Assembly (NCBI GenBank): GCA_030867685.1
Contig: JAQOWU010000008.1
Coordinates: 1,054,001-1,118,000 of the forward strand
Length of the DNA stretch: 64,000 bases
Source of the DNA: Wickerhamiella versatilis
Lineage: Eukaryota
Direction of reading: 5' to 3'
Shown: positions 52,891-63,077 of the stretch, piece after piece
Numbering within the stretch: the first letter of the stretch is position 1
Layout: each line of letters opens with the position of its first letter
Made by a program: the position numbers and the translations under genes
Notes under the pieces: model-generated
What the model saw: the letters and a program-made list of their open reading frames with translations, nothing else
Database searches by the model: none
What the model was told of the DNA's origin: nothing

Positions 52891-52970
52891 GGAAGGGCTG
52901 CGGACAAGCGGGACCTCTCAAATAAACCTGTCTGTGGGACCACTTTACGTAATCGTTTGTTTTTAAAAAC

Positions 52971-55703
52971 ATGGAAGCAGTGGTAGAGCTGCTGAATGCA
53001 ACGTTGGACTTCCACCGAGCCCGCGATGCGGAACAACAGCTTCGTAGGCAAGAAAGTCAGCCAGGATTTAGCCTTACACTACTTCGTATAACGGCAGAGC
53101 CCCGGTTGCCGCAAGCAACCCGTCAAGCTGCGGCAGTATTTTTTAAGAACCTAGTTCGTAGGTTATGGACCGATGAGGAAGGATCACATCTTTTGCCAGC
53201 CCAGGATGTTATTGCGATCAAAAGTGAACTCATAGATCTCATGATTAGCTTGCCACCGCGTCTTCAAGCCCAGCTAGGAGAAGCTGTGGCCGTTATAGCT
53301 GACAGCGATTTCCCAGAACAATGGCAGGAACTTGTACCTACTTTAGTATCTCGATTGAGCACGGATCCGACTGTGAATAATGGTGTATTGACTGTTGCTC
53401 ACGCAATTTTCAAGCGATGGCGGCCACTGTTCAGATCTGATGAACTGTTTCTTGAAATAAAACTTGTTTTGGACCAGTTTGCAGCGCCATACCTTCAGCT
53501 TATGGCAGAGACTAACAAGCAAATTCAAGAAACGGGAAGCATTGGATGGTTACAGACTATGTCACTGCTAGTCAAACTCTTTTATGACCTTAACTGTCAA
53601 GATATACCTGAGTTTTTTGAAGATCACATCTCAGAGTTCATGCATATTTTGGGTGTTTACCTTGTATATGAAAATCCTAGTGCAGAGTCAGACGATGAAA
53701 ATGAAGCTGGTGTGCTTGAAGACATTCGGGCTGGCATCTGTGAGATTTTGCAGCTTTACACTGAAAGGTATGAAGAAGAATTTCTTTCTCAACTCCCTGG
53801 TTTTGTTGAGATGTGCTGGACGCTTTTGACACACCTGGGCCCTGAACCAAAATATGATCTCGTGGTGAATCGGGCATTGGCATTCTTGAGCAGTGTAGCC
53901 AAGAGACCCCATCATTTAAAGATGTTTGCTAATGACGAAGTACTTCGCCAGCTAGTAGAAAAGATCGTTATTCCAAACATGACTATGCGGGAGTCTGATG
54001 TGGAAATGTTTGAGGATGAGCCTATTGAATACACTCGGAGAGATCTCGAAGGTAGTGATAGTGACACTAGGAGACGTGCAGCAACAGATTTCCTTCGAGA
54101 ACTTGCTACTAACATGGAAGCGCAAGTCACACAATGTGTCATGCGCTATGTGGAAGATTATCTCGAAAAAGCAAGAACCACCGGTGACTGGCATTATAAA
54201 AATACTGCGAGCCACTTATTCCAATCCATTGCAGCAAAGGGGAATGTAACTAGCGTTGGAGTTTCCACGACCAATTTGCTCATTGATGTCGTTGGATTTT
54301 TCAATCGCAGCATTGCACCAGATCTTGTAAATCCAAATGTTCCACCTATCCTCCAAGTTGATGCAATCAAGTTTATCCACAATTTCCGCAACCAGCTAAC
54401 TAAAGAACAATTGTCAGAAGCTTTGCCTCTATTAGCGACTTTGCTAACATCCACCAACCCTGTAACTTACACTTATGCTGCAGTTACTATTGAGCGTATA
54501 TTGTCCATTCGAGCCATGTTTACAGAGGATGATATTAAATCGGAAATCTCCAGTCTGACTAGCAATCTGATGTCTCTTATTTTGAAGAATGCTGACACGC
54601 CACAAAAATTGGCCGAAAATGAATATCTAATAAAATGCGTTATGAGGGTGCTAGTGGTATCACAAGCTTCTTGTTCAATTGTTGCACCGAAATTGTTGCC
54701 ACAATTAGTCGAGATACTGCAAGTCATTGCTACAAATCCTTCTAATCCTCGGTTTTCACATTATCTTTTTGAATGTATTGGTGCTCTTGTGAAGTATTCT
54801 GGCTCTAAATTGGGCTATTCTATGCTCGATACTTCATTTGTACAGCCTGGGTTGCAAATTTTGGCTCAGGATGTCACCGAGTTTATTCCCTACATACTTC
54901 AGATTTTTGCCGAAATTTTGGCATTGCAGCAAGTTGGTTTACCTCAAAGCTACCAACAATTGGTAAAACCCCTACTTGCACCTGTCCTCTGGGAGCCGAA
55001 GGGTAATATTCCAGCGTTGGTTGGGTTGCTTAAAGTGGTACTTGTGAAAGGTGCCGAAACGTTTATTGACCAGGGATTGTTGCAACCTCTATTGGGAGTA
55101 TTCCAAAATCTCATAGCTTCTCGTGCAAATGATATTCTTGGACTCGATATTATGAAGTACATTTTTTTGTTCATCCCGTTCGTTAGTGTCGCACCCTACA
55201 TGAGCCAAATAGCTGGCCTCCTACTTGTAAGACTTCAGCAGTCCCGAACAGACAAGTTCGTTGTAGGCTTTGCTGAATTTATGCTCTACCTATCAGCTGC
55301 CGAGCTATCCTCTGAATTAGGACCTGAATTCAGCATTCAATTTATTGATCAGGTGCAGCCTAATTTATTTGGGCAAATTCTCAAACCCTTCATTCTTGAT
55401 GCGGCAACGAAAATCGTCAGTCCTGACTCACGAAGAATCGCTACTATAGGACTTATAAAGCTTTTGCGGTCGCCATCAATGGTACCCGGTGGACCCTACC
55501 ACTCATTTGCATCACAAACCAGGGAGGTAGTGGAAGCAATGATCTCTACGAATGTAGCTGAAAAACATGAAGAGCTTGTGGTTGATGTTGATCTTGAGGA
55601 ACTTTCGTTCGGCGCTAGTTTCTCCAAGTTATCCACTGCCACAGTGAAGGAAATTGATCCTGTTCCTTCTATCCAGAATGCAGCGGTCTTCTACCAATCA
55701 TAA
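52971..55703 (+). CDS. CSE1: Importin-alpha export receptor Cse1
   Basis: IADSDFP..W..L, IFKRWRPLFRSDELFLEIK, QDIPEFFED, EY.RRDLEGSDSDTRRRAA, NPSNPRF.HY.FE. Confidence 0.98.
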   Translation: MEAVVELLNATLDFHRARDAEQQLRRQESQPGFSLTLLRITAEPRLPQATRQAAAVFFKNLVRRLWTDEEGSHLLPAQDVIAIKSELIDLMISLPPRLQAQLGEAVAVIADSDFPEQWQELVPTLVSRLSTDPTVNNGVLTVAHAIFKRWRPLFRSDELFLEIKLVLDQFAAPYLQLMAETNKQIQETGSIGWLQTMSLLVKLFYDLNCQDIPEFFEDHISEFMHILGVYLVYENPSAESDDENEAGVLEDIRAGICEILQLYTERYEEEFLSQLPGFVEMCWTLLTHLGPEPKYDLVVNRALAFLSSVAKRPHHLKMFANDEVLRQLVEKIVIPNMTMRESDVEMFEDEPIEYTRRDLEGSDSDTRRRAATDFLRELATNMEAQVTQCVMRYVEDYLEKARTTGDWHYKNTASHLFQSIAAKGNVTSVGVSTTNLLIDVVGFFNRSIAPDLVNPNVPPILQVDAIKFIHNFRNQLTKEQLSEALPLLATLLTSTNPVTYTYAAVTIERILSIRAMFTEDDIKSEISSLTSNLMSLILKNADTPQKLAENEYLIKCVMRVLVVSQASCSIVAPKLLPQLVEILQVIATNPSNPRFSHYLFECIGALVKYSGSKLGYSMLDTSFVQPGLQILAQDVTEFIPYILQIFAEILALQQVGLPQSYQQLVKPLLAPVLWEPKGNIPALVGLLKVVLVKGAETFIDQGLLQPLLGVFQNLIASRANDILGLDIMKYIFLFIPFVSVAPYMSQIAGLLLVRLQQSRTDKFVVGFAEFMLYLSAAELSSELGPEFSIQFIDQVQPNLFGQILKPFILDAATKIVSPDSRRIATIGLIKLLRSPSMVPGGPYHSFASQTREVVEAMISTNVAEKHEELVVDVDLEELSFGASFSKLSTATVKEIDPVPSIQNAAVFYQS

Positions 55704-55795
55704 AGATCTTGGACAGTCTAATAGCAACCATAGACTACAAAATGGATTCTATTCTTATATAGCTCCCCTAGTTAAGAATGACTTAGGTGCATAGT

Positions 55796-56545
55796 TTAAA
55801 ACACATATATGGAAGCATTATGCTTTGATATCTCTGAAAGAAGAGGTATGGTTTCAGCGAGATCCCAAACATTGGAATTCTTCTGATCTAAAAAGGCCGA
55901 ATCAAGAACTATTCGACTAACTCGCTTTGGATCCAATTCACCAAGACCAATAAGTTTCCGGATCCTGCCGGGTGTGCTAACTGCAATAAACCTTTTAGAA
56001 GTCAAGGCTTTTCTATCATATGTGGGATTATTTTTCTGAATCAATTTGATAACATCGACTTTGGCTTCTGCCTGCAGAACATTTCTTACATGGCAGGCCC
56101 GAAGAGCAGAATGACAGAGGACTACCACAAGCTCTCCTTCACCCAACGGTTTATCGAGCCCATAATCGACAAAAAATCGGGGAATATTTGTTAATTCGCG
56201 GGGCTGGCCAAAGTTGCTCGTATCAATGAAATTAGATTCGGATACAGAGTGGTCCTGGATTTCCAAACCGGACAAGTCCGGGTTTGCGAGCCGTATTTTA
56301 GCTACGACATAGTCTGCGATGACGGCTGGTTGTTGCTCGCCCAGCAATTTCTTCTTATTAGCCTCTTCTTGCATTCTTGTTTTCTTCTTTGCTATTAGTT
56401 TAGGATCTTTCTTCGAACGTTTCGACTTTTTGGGTTGCGAAGTCATGGGAACTTTCTTTATATCCAACATCTCCGAAGAACCATTTTCTTCCGTAGGGGA
56501 ATCGGCTATACTGTACTCAAGCTGGTCATCTAGGTCATCAGCCAT
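55796..56545 (-). CDS. CMS1: 90S pre-ribosome protein Cms1
   Basis: ADDLDD.LEY, PDLS.LE, SALRA..V, STPGRI, I.LD...LDQK. Confidence 0.85.
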   Translation of the reverse strand: MADDLDDQLEYSIADSPTEENGSSEMLDIKKVPMTSQPKKSKRSKKDPKLIAKKKTRMQEEANKKKLLGEQQPAVIADYVVAKIRLANPDLSGLEIQDHSVSESNFIDTSNFGQPRELTNIPRFFVDYGLDKPLGEGELVVVLCHSALRACHVRNVLQAEAKVDVIKLIQKNNPTYDRKALTSKRFIAVSTPGRIRKLIGLGELDPKRVSRIVLDSAFLDQKNSNVWDLAETIPLLSEISKHNASIYVF

Positions 56546-56600
56546 CGGTCGTTACACAAAAAAATTACCTCAGCAAATAAATTACTTAGTGTATCTAAGG

Positions 56601-58571
56601 CTACAAACTATGCTGTTTTATAGATGGGCGTTGCGCGCGACGCTGATGACGCACATAATCGAGTAAATAAATACAAGCAGCTGGGGTAATGCCACGGATG
56701 CGTCCCGCCTGACCAAGAGTCGTAGGCCGTACCCGATCAAGAGCAGCTTTACATTCATTAGAAAGTGACTCCAATTTCCAGTAGTCAATATCACTTGGGA
56801 TAGCAACTTCTTCATCTGCGTTAAAAGCGCGAATCATTGATGATTCGCGCCGAATATAAGGTGCGTATTTTGCATCAAGATCAAGTTGCTGTAATACACG
56901 GTCATCGAAATTTTGCAAAGGTCCTAGAGCGAGACGGAAAGAAAGCACGTCAGCATCATGATTCCTCAAAATTTCAAGACCAGACTTTTTCTCTGTTACC
57001 GAATTCCAAAGTCCTGGTTTACCTGTTCGGATTGACCATTCCCGCGGGGTGAGCTTAGTGCTCATCAATATGTCTTTAGCCTCCTCGTATTCTCTTTCTA
57101 AGCGTTTGAGCTGGCCATAGCGCTTACTAGAAACGACACCAAGGTCATATCCTAAGGACGTTAATCTCAGATCTGCATTGTCTGCTCTCACAGTAAAACG
57201 AAACTCAGATCGTGAGGTGAACATGCGGTACGGCTCTTCGACACCTTGCGTAATTAAGTCGTCAATCAGAACTCCAAGGTAACCTTGTGAACGAGTTGGT
57301 GACCATGGTTCGAGCCCACGCGATGAGCGGGCAGCGTTAATTCCAGCTACGATCCCCTGAGATGCTGCTTCTTCATAGCCAGTTGTTCCATTGATTTGTC
57401 CTGCCAGATATAGACCATCTACATTCGATGTTTCAAGAGTTGGTTTCAGCTGGGTTGGATCCACAAAATCATATTCCACACCATAACCAGGTTGGAGCAT
57501 CGTAGCATTCTCTAGGCCAGGAATCGTTTTCAATGCCTCTCGTTGCACATCTGACGGCATCGAAATTGAGATTCCATTTGGATATACCACATCTGTGTCA
57601 AGACCCTCCGGCTCTAGCCAAATATGATGGCTTTTCTTGTCGGCAAATTTCATAACTTTGGACTCTATGGAGGGACAGTACCGTGGACCTTGAACTGTTT
57701 CCCGAATATGCACATTTAGATGGAGATACTTACGAAGAATATCATGAGTTTTCTCCGTAGTATGCGTCAGATAGTTTGGCAGCTGCGAATTGGCTAATGC
57801 TATACTCGAGTTCATGTAGCTGAAAGGTGTAGCCGGGTTATCTGGTAACTGAAGATGCATTCCTGTATAGTCTATCGTTCGCCCATCAATCCTAGGCGGA
57901 GTTCCAGTTTTAAGTCTTCCCAACCTAAAGGCTGCATCTTTAAATGTTTTGCTCAACCCATAGGTTGCTTTCTCCCCTACTCGACCACCAGGCCTTACTT
58001 CCAATCCGAAATGAAGCTCTGCTCCAAGAAAAGTACCGGTAGTTACAACGACCCTCTCAGTACGTACAAATCCTCCAGATTTTGCCAAAATGACACCCAC
58101 GACTCTTCTATTGTCAATTATTATATCTTCAACGGTGTCCTCCACAATCTCCAGGTTTGTGCTGTAATTCGTCATCTCTTTCTGCATTTCCGCTTGGAAA
58201 ATTTTTCTATCTATTTGTGCCCGAGGACCCCATACAGCTGGTCCCTTGGAACGATTTAGGATCATGAAGCAAATTCCTGATTTATCAACAATACGCCCCG
58301 TGACTCCATCAAGGGCATCCACTTCACGTAGAAGCGTGCCTTTTCCAATTCCCCCAAAACTTGGATTGCAGGAGCAAACACCAAGATTCCGCTTGGAAGG
58401 AGTCACGAGTAGAGTTTTAGCGTTCAACCGAGCACTGGCCGCAGCAGCTTCGGTACCCGCATGGCCACCACCAATAACAAGTACATCACTTTGAAGGGGC
58501 GATTCACGCAGCTTCAGTGATATATCTCTACTCAGATATATACTTCGAGTGATGATGCGTGAGCCCAACAT
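56601..58571 (-). CDS. MTO1: Mitochondrial tRNA U34 modification protein (GidA/MnmG)
   Basis: [64 protein letters not shown]. Confidence 0.98.
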   Translation of the reverse strand: MLGSRIITRSIYLSRDISLKLRESPLQSDVLVIGGGHAGTEAAAASARLNAKTLLVTPSKRNLGVCSCNPSFGGIGKGTLLREVDALDGVTGRIVDKSGICFMILNRSKGPAVWGPRAQIDRKIFQAEMQKEMTNYSTNLEIVEDTVEDIIIDNRRVVGVILAKSGGFVRTERVVVTTGTFLGAELHFGLEVRPGGRVGEKATYGLSKTFKDAAFRLGRLKTGTPPRIDGRTIDYTGMHLQLPDNPATPFSYMNSSIALANSQLPNYLTHTTEKTHDILRKYLHLNVHIRETVQGPRYCPSIESKVMKFADKKSHHIWLEPEGLDTDVVYPNGISISMPSDVQREALKTIPGLENATMLQPGYGVEYDFVDPTQLKPTLETSNVDGLYLAGQINGTTGYEEAASQGIVAGINAARSSRGLEPWSPTRSQGYLGVLIDDLITQGVEEPYRMFTSRSEFRFTVRADNADLRLTSLGYDLGVVSSKRYGQLKRLEREYEEAKDILMSTKLTPREWSIRTGKPGLWNSVTEKKSGLEILRNHDADVLSFRLALGPLQNFDDRVLQQLDLDAKYAPYIRRESSMIRAFNADEEVAIPSDIDYWKLESLSNECKAALDRVRPTTLGQAGRIRGITPAACIYLLDYVRHQRRAQRPSIKQHSL

Positions 58572-58895
58572 ATAAAAATGAAGACCTATTTAATTATGTA
58601 ACATCGTAGTCTTCAACTATAAAATCTTATGCGCAAGAATCTGCCGATAATTTTGGTCACGCGATAGTATTTATCATGGCATACACTGTAGAGGCCATGT
58701 GAGGTGGTTGTTGCACGTGCTGAGGGGAGTTGAATAAGTTAAAACAGTAGCGCATTGCTCAAGCGTAGTATTTTTTTTTATTGATGTCTTATTATTCAAG
58801 CGATAGAAACCTAAAATTAATGAGTGCTAAAATTCTCTAAGCTTGAAACAATTCACAAGCCCCGCTTTGGTATATGCCAATCTTACAGAAATTAA

Positions 58896-59948
58896 TCAAA
58901 TCGATACAGTCAACGTCTTGTTAACAAGACTGGACACATCGTAAGTTGAATTCAAAATTGTGGTTAAGTTAGTAGCATTCGTACCATTAAGGCTGAACGC
59001 GATCGTGACGTTGGTGAAATTTGCGCCCAATGGATAAGTGAAATTGTCAATATTGGTATAATTCCAAAGGAATCCGGTAACATTAGAAATAGAGGTGTAG
59101 TTTGAGAAAAGAGATGTCGCATTTGTGACATTTGTGGAGCTAGCATTCCACGCAGTAATGTTCGTGGTTACATTCCAAGGAGCACCGGAGATTGTGCTGT
59201 TAGTCCAATTGGCCGAAGCAGCAGGGAATGATGCATTAGGGTATCCGACAGTCAAAACATAACCATTGGCAACCTGGTTTGTCGCGAAATCGAGCACATC
59301 AGCAAATGGTCCAACGGCCTTGGGCTGATCAAGCACAAAGGTATAGTTTTGAGAGCTTGGAAGGCCAAAGAACGCATCTGTATAAGGAATACTATATGGC
59401 GAGCTCTTAGACAAGGTGTACTCAACAAATCCCGTAGACTCGGAAGCGATGCCAGTAGAGTTGGGGAGTTTAATTGAACCAAGAGGTGCGCTCGTATTAG
59501 CCACAGTATCCACAATGTAACCAGCCCATACGCCGGAGGATACCTCGACTACGCCAAGGTTCAAGGAATGGTTGTAAGGTGCCTCAAATGGTACAGCGTA
59601 CTTAACAGAGGAATTGGTAGTGCTGTTAGATGCAACCTCATAGGATGAATTAGACAGGACACCAGGAATTCCAACAATCTCATACACAGCAAGCACATAG
59701 GACGATCCATTTACTAGGGGCCATGGCTCTACACCAACAGAACCGAAATGTCCTTCAGGGCCATCAACAAACTGAAAGGTCTGACCGTAGCTGTAAGCTT
59801 CAATGTGTGCAGAATCAAGAGTTCCAAGTGGGAAATCAATAGATTTCAAGCCCGTCTCAGGGGCATCAAGGGCTGCCCATGAAACCTCAACTAGTGGTCC
59901 CGCAAGGGCCAGTGGCAATACTGCAGCTGCTTTCCAAATCCAAGTCAT
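58896..59948 (-). CDS. Secreted, heavily N-glycosylated protein (DUF3472-like by motif recall)
   Basis: Signal peptide, beta-rich domain, about 27 N-x-S/T sequons, no Cys. Confidence 0.75.
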   Translation of the reverse strand: MTWIWKAAAVLPLALAGPLVEVSWAALDAPETGLKSIDFPLGTLDSAHIEAYSYGQTFQFVDGPEGHFGSVGVEPWPLVNGSSYVLAVYEIVGIPGVLSNSSYEVASNSTTNSSVKYAVPFEAPYNHSLNLGVVEVSSGVWAGYIVDTVANTSAPLGSIKLPNSTGIASESTGFVEYTLSKSSPYSIPYTDAFFGLPSSQNYTFVLDQPKAVGPFADVLDFATNQVANGYVLTVGYPNASFPAASANWTNSTISGAPWNVTTNITAWNASSTNVTNATSLFSNYTSISNVTGFLWNYTNIDNFTYPLGANFTNVTIAFSLNGTNATNLTTILNSTYDVSSLVNKTLTVSI

Positions 59949-60611
59949 TCTTGTCCAGCCACCAAGGGCCGGTGGCTGGGTTTATAATGTCCTAGCAAGC
60001 ACGAAAATCTTGCATATGCAAGGGCTATTTCCTCTTTGGTACAAAGTATTATTTACTAACGGCCCGAGTAGTGCTTTGCCCTCAGATGGCCTTGGGTTTA
60101 ACCAAAATAAGAGGACGTACTGTGAAACTTAGACGATTTTCAAGCATAGATACTTGTGTTTATTCTCGCTTAAGAACCCGGAATGTCGCTGCACGAAATT
60201 TTACACAAGAAATGGGTAAGGGCACGCAACCTGTCCCGCCCGAAAGAAGATGCTGATCTCGGAATTTAAAAGTCCGACAAATTTTTATCACATAAAGGGA
60301 ATTTGAAACTTTTCAATTATCTCATGTTGAAATTTTATCTCGTGACCCAAATTGAGGGTCTGCATTAAGACCGGAGTTGCTGCCGACGACTGCTGACAGG
60401 TTGCATATTGTTATGTAATCATTGTGGGCTGCGCCACTAAAAGTCATCCCGCTTGGAAGCGGGCAATCGCCGTTGATAATGTATATGATGTACGTAGCTA
60501 ATTAGCTCGGAATATATCCTTATTCCCTCATCATCTCCAGCATATCAAAGATACTTGTTTACGGCCCTAGCAGAATTGATAAAGAACTTCTATCTATTTC
60601 ACTCTCTTAAG

Positions 60612-62027
60612 CTAAACTCTCATGTCATTCAGTCCTAACTCTTCGTTTTCCTCATTGCTTCTCTCATAGTCTTCTACTGTCATTTCAGGATCTGGATCTG
60701 GGGCATAAACGTTTTGAACATACGAGGCTGCAAGTGGGTCCTCCAGTTCTAAGGTGAAAGGGAACAATTGGCCATCAATAGCTGTTTGCAGACGAGCCAA
60801 AAAGGCAAGCCAACGGGTTCTTGTATCATCGTCCCAATTAGAGCTTTCAGTGTTGACTACCTTCTCCTCCAGCTCCTGATAGACTTGCCTAAGCAACCCC
60901 TCAATTGTTGTGAACTTTCCGCCTAGTGTTCCAGCAGTTAGATCAAGCTGCAATTCTGGGAATCGCAAAACACATGTCTCACTTTTAAGGATGTCTCGAG
61001 ACAAATCCTCAGGCTCCACGAGGTTCAGTTTCGCCCGGCGACCATGAGGCGGGATTGCACCTCCAGTTTTCACTTCATTTGATTTGTAGCCACATTTGAA
61101 GCACACAGTACTCATGATAATAACATCCTTAAAATGTGGAATATTCACCATTTTCATGTGAGTTGCACACATTTCATTACAAGAGGGGCAGGCACCCTCA
61201 ATGGTGTGTACCTCTTCTCTCATATCAGATGGAACGTCTTCATCGATCTCTTGAGTCTCATGCTGCAATTCAGCGGCTACGGATGCATTACGACGGTCTT
61301 GGTCTCGGGGCACGGGAAGCCCAATTTGTCTGGCCTGTGTGGGGGTACGTTCGTATTCGCGCTTAGTCCACTTTCCCGAGGCCTGCTCTTCGGGGATATA
61401 ATCGAGGAAGGAATTCCCGCTCGCATCGTCAACTCTGGCTGTGAGAGGCTTAACCTTACCATCGAGAGCTCCTTGAAGCTTTTTGCAGACTTCCTCGATC
61501 TGTTCGTAAAGTCCCGGGTCCATATGCTTCCGCACCGGTTGATCGCGTGCCAAGTCCTCGAGCATACCTGAGATAACACCTTCAAGTGTTGTTATTCTGC
61601 CGTTGCCAGCAGGAACTTCAACGTCGAGTTCGGGGAAGATTACCCTGCAGTATTCACTTTTAACAAGCTGTCGGCCAAAATCACTTGGGTTCTCAATATT
61701 TAGCTTGTACTCAACCCCCTTCTCCTGAATCTCGTGTGCATTCTGTACCTCTGCACTTCGGAAGCCACAATGCGGGCATTGGAAACTCATAACCACTACT
61801 TCGCGGAAACGGGGTATAGATGTAAAGAGTATACGGGTAATTCCTTGCTGGTGGCAATTCATACAGAGACTCTCTATCTCACGCACAGGTCGTCCCTGGG
61901 CATCTTCAGCTCCTGTACGACGTAAGTCGTTTGCATTTATATAATTGACATTCTCCACATGCTCTCCTACTGTGGGAAAAACCTCCTCCTCATCGATTCT
62001 GGGCTTCTTGGGCTCCTTTTCCTGCAT
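60612..62027 (-). CDS. ZPR1: Zinc-finger protein Zpr1
   Basis: EIESLCMNC, IP.FREV..MSF.CPHCG, second finger CPSC...IPHFKDVIIMSTVC..CGYKSNEVKTGG, ELGLNDM. Confidence 0.98.
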   Translation of the reverse strand: MQEKEPKKPRIDEEEVFPTVGEHVENVNYINANDLRRTGAEDAQGRPVREIESLCMNCHQQGITRILFTSIPRFREVVVMSFQCPHCGFRSAEVQNAHEIQEKGVEYKLNIENPSDFGRQLVKSEYCRVIFPELDVEVPAGNGRITTLEGVISGMLEDLARDQPVRKHMDPGLYEQIEEVCKKLQGALDGKVKPLTARVDDASGNSFLDYIPEEQASGKWTKREYERTPTQARQIGLPVPRDQDRRNASVAAELQHETQEIDEDVPSDMREEVHTIEGACPSCNEMCATHMKMVNIPHFKDVIIMSTVCFKCGYKSNEVKTGGAIPPHGRRAKLNLVEPEDLSRDILKSETCVLRFPELQLDLTAGTLGGKFTTIEGLLRQVYQELEEKVVNTESSNWDDDTRTRWLAFLARLQTAIDGQLFPFTLELEDPLAASYVQNVYAPDPDPEMTVEDYERSNEENEELGLNDMRV

Positions 62028-62559
62028 GCAAAAAAAAAGTCTATTATGTAATTATTCACTATTAAGTCTAATCGAACGTTTGTACACTTGATCCCAATTA
62101 AGGTGAGCGATTGTTACAATATTATATGTGAGTAAAAACTTAGACCCCAGTCATATGCATATACTAACAATCAAAGAATTGGAGATCTCTGTGTACTATA
62201 AACATTAACAACATCAGTCACTTCATCACGTCTGGAGTCGGCTTTACCCTAATTTGATGGACTAAGCTCGAATCACAATTAAAGAGATAGAAATAAATAT
62301 TAAAATATTTTGTAATATAAGCAACAACCAAAGCAATTCCATGTTAAGCTACCCCAGCACTCACACTTGCGACACTTGGAATGAATGACTCTAGACTACA
62401 TTGCCTTTCCACTGGATCATGTGATCCCACTAAAATATGCGTATAAGGACATTCTAGCTGGTTAAATGGAGCTACGATGTATTCTCTGGAGAATGCCCCG
62501 GAATTTGGGTCACCAGCCATTAGCCCTAACCTTGTGACTTACACCTGGTGGTCGGTAAG

Positions 62560-63012
62560 ATGGAAAACGGTTCCAACGCGGCGGAACAACCGTTTTATGT
62601 GAATGCAAAGCAATACCATCGTATTTTGAAGCGACGCATTGCACGAGCTAAATTAGAGGAGTCACAACGTGCGGCTGGCCGCCGCCCATACTTGCACGAG
62701 TCTCGACATAAGCATGCAATGCGCAGACCCCGCGGACAAGGTGGTCGTTTTTTGACAGCGTCAGAAATTGCCGAGAAGGAGCGTCGTGAAAAGGAGGCGG
62801 CGGATGCTGGGTCGCATGACGATACCTCGGGTGGTCACTCAAACGGTGCGATAGAGAATTCTCAACCAGGCGACTCGAAGACGTTAGCAACAAATCCTGC
62901 TACTCCGCAAAATTCAAACAACATTACACCGATATCAGTAGAATTTGGTGGTCCTCCCAGTGCTGGACTTGAAAAGAATGACCTGGGATTAGAAACCGAG
63001 ATTTTCTACTAG
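62560..63012 (+). CDS. HAP2: CCAAT-binding factor subunit Hap2/NF-YA
   Basis: [26 protein letters not shown]...[23 protein letters not shown]; first in-frame ATG at 62560. Confidence 0.96.
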   Translation: MENGSNAAEQPFYVNAKQYHRILKRRIARAKLEESQRAAGRRPYLHESRHKHAMRRPRGQGGRFLTASEIAEKERREKEAADAGSHDDTSGGHSNGAIENSQPGDSKTLATNPATPQNSNNITPISVEFGGPPSAGLEKNDLGLETEIFY

Positions 63013-63077
63013 ATGGATACGAATCATGAGCCTAAATCCTAAAAATTAAATGTAGCATTACACTACCACATGATATC

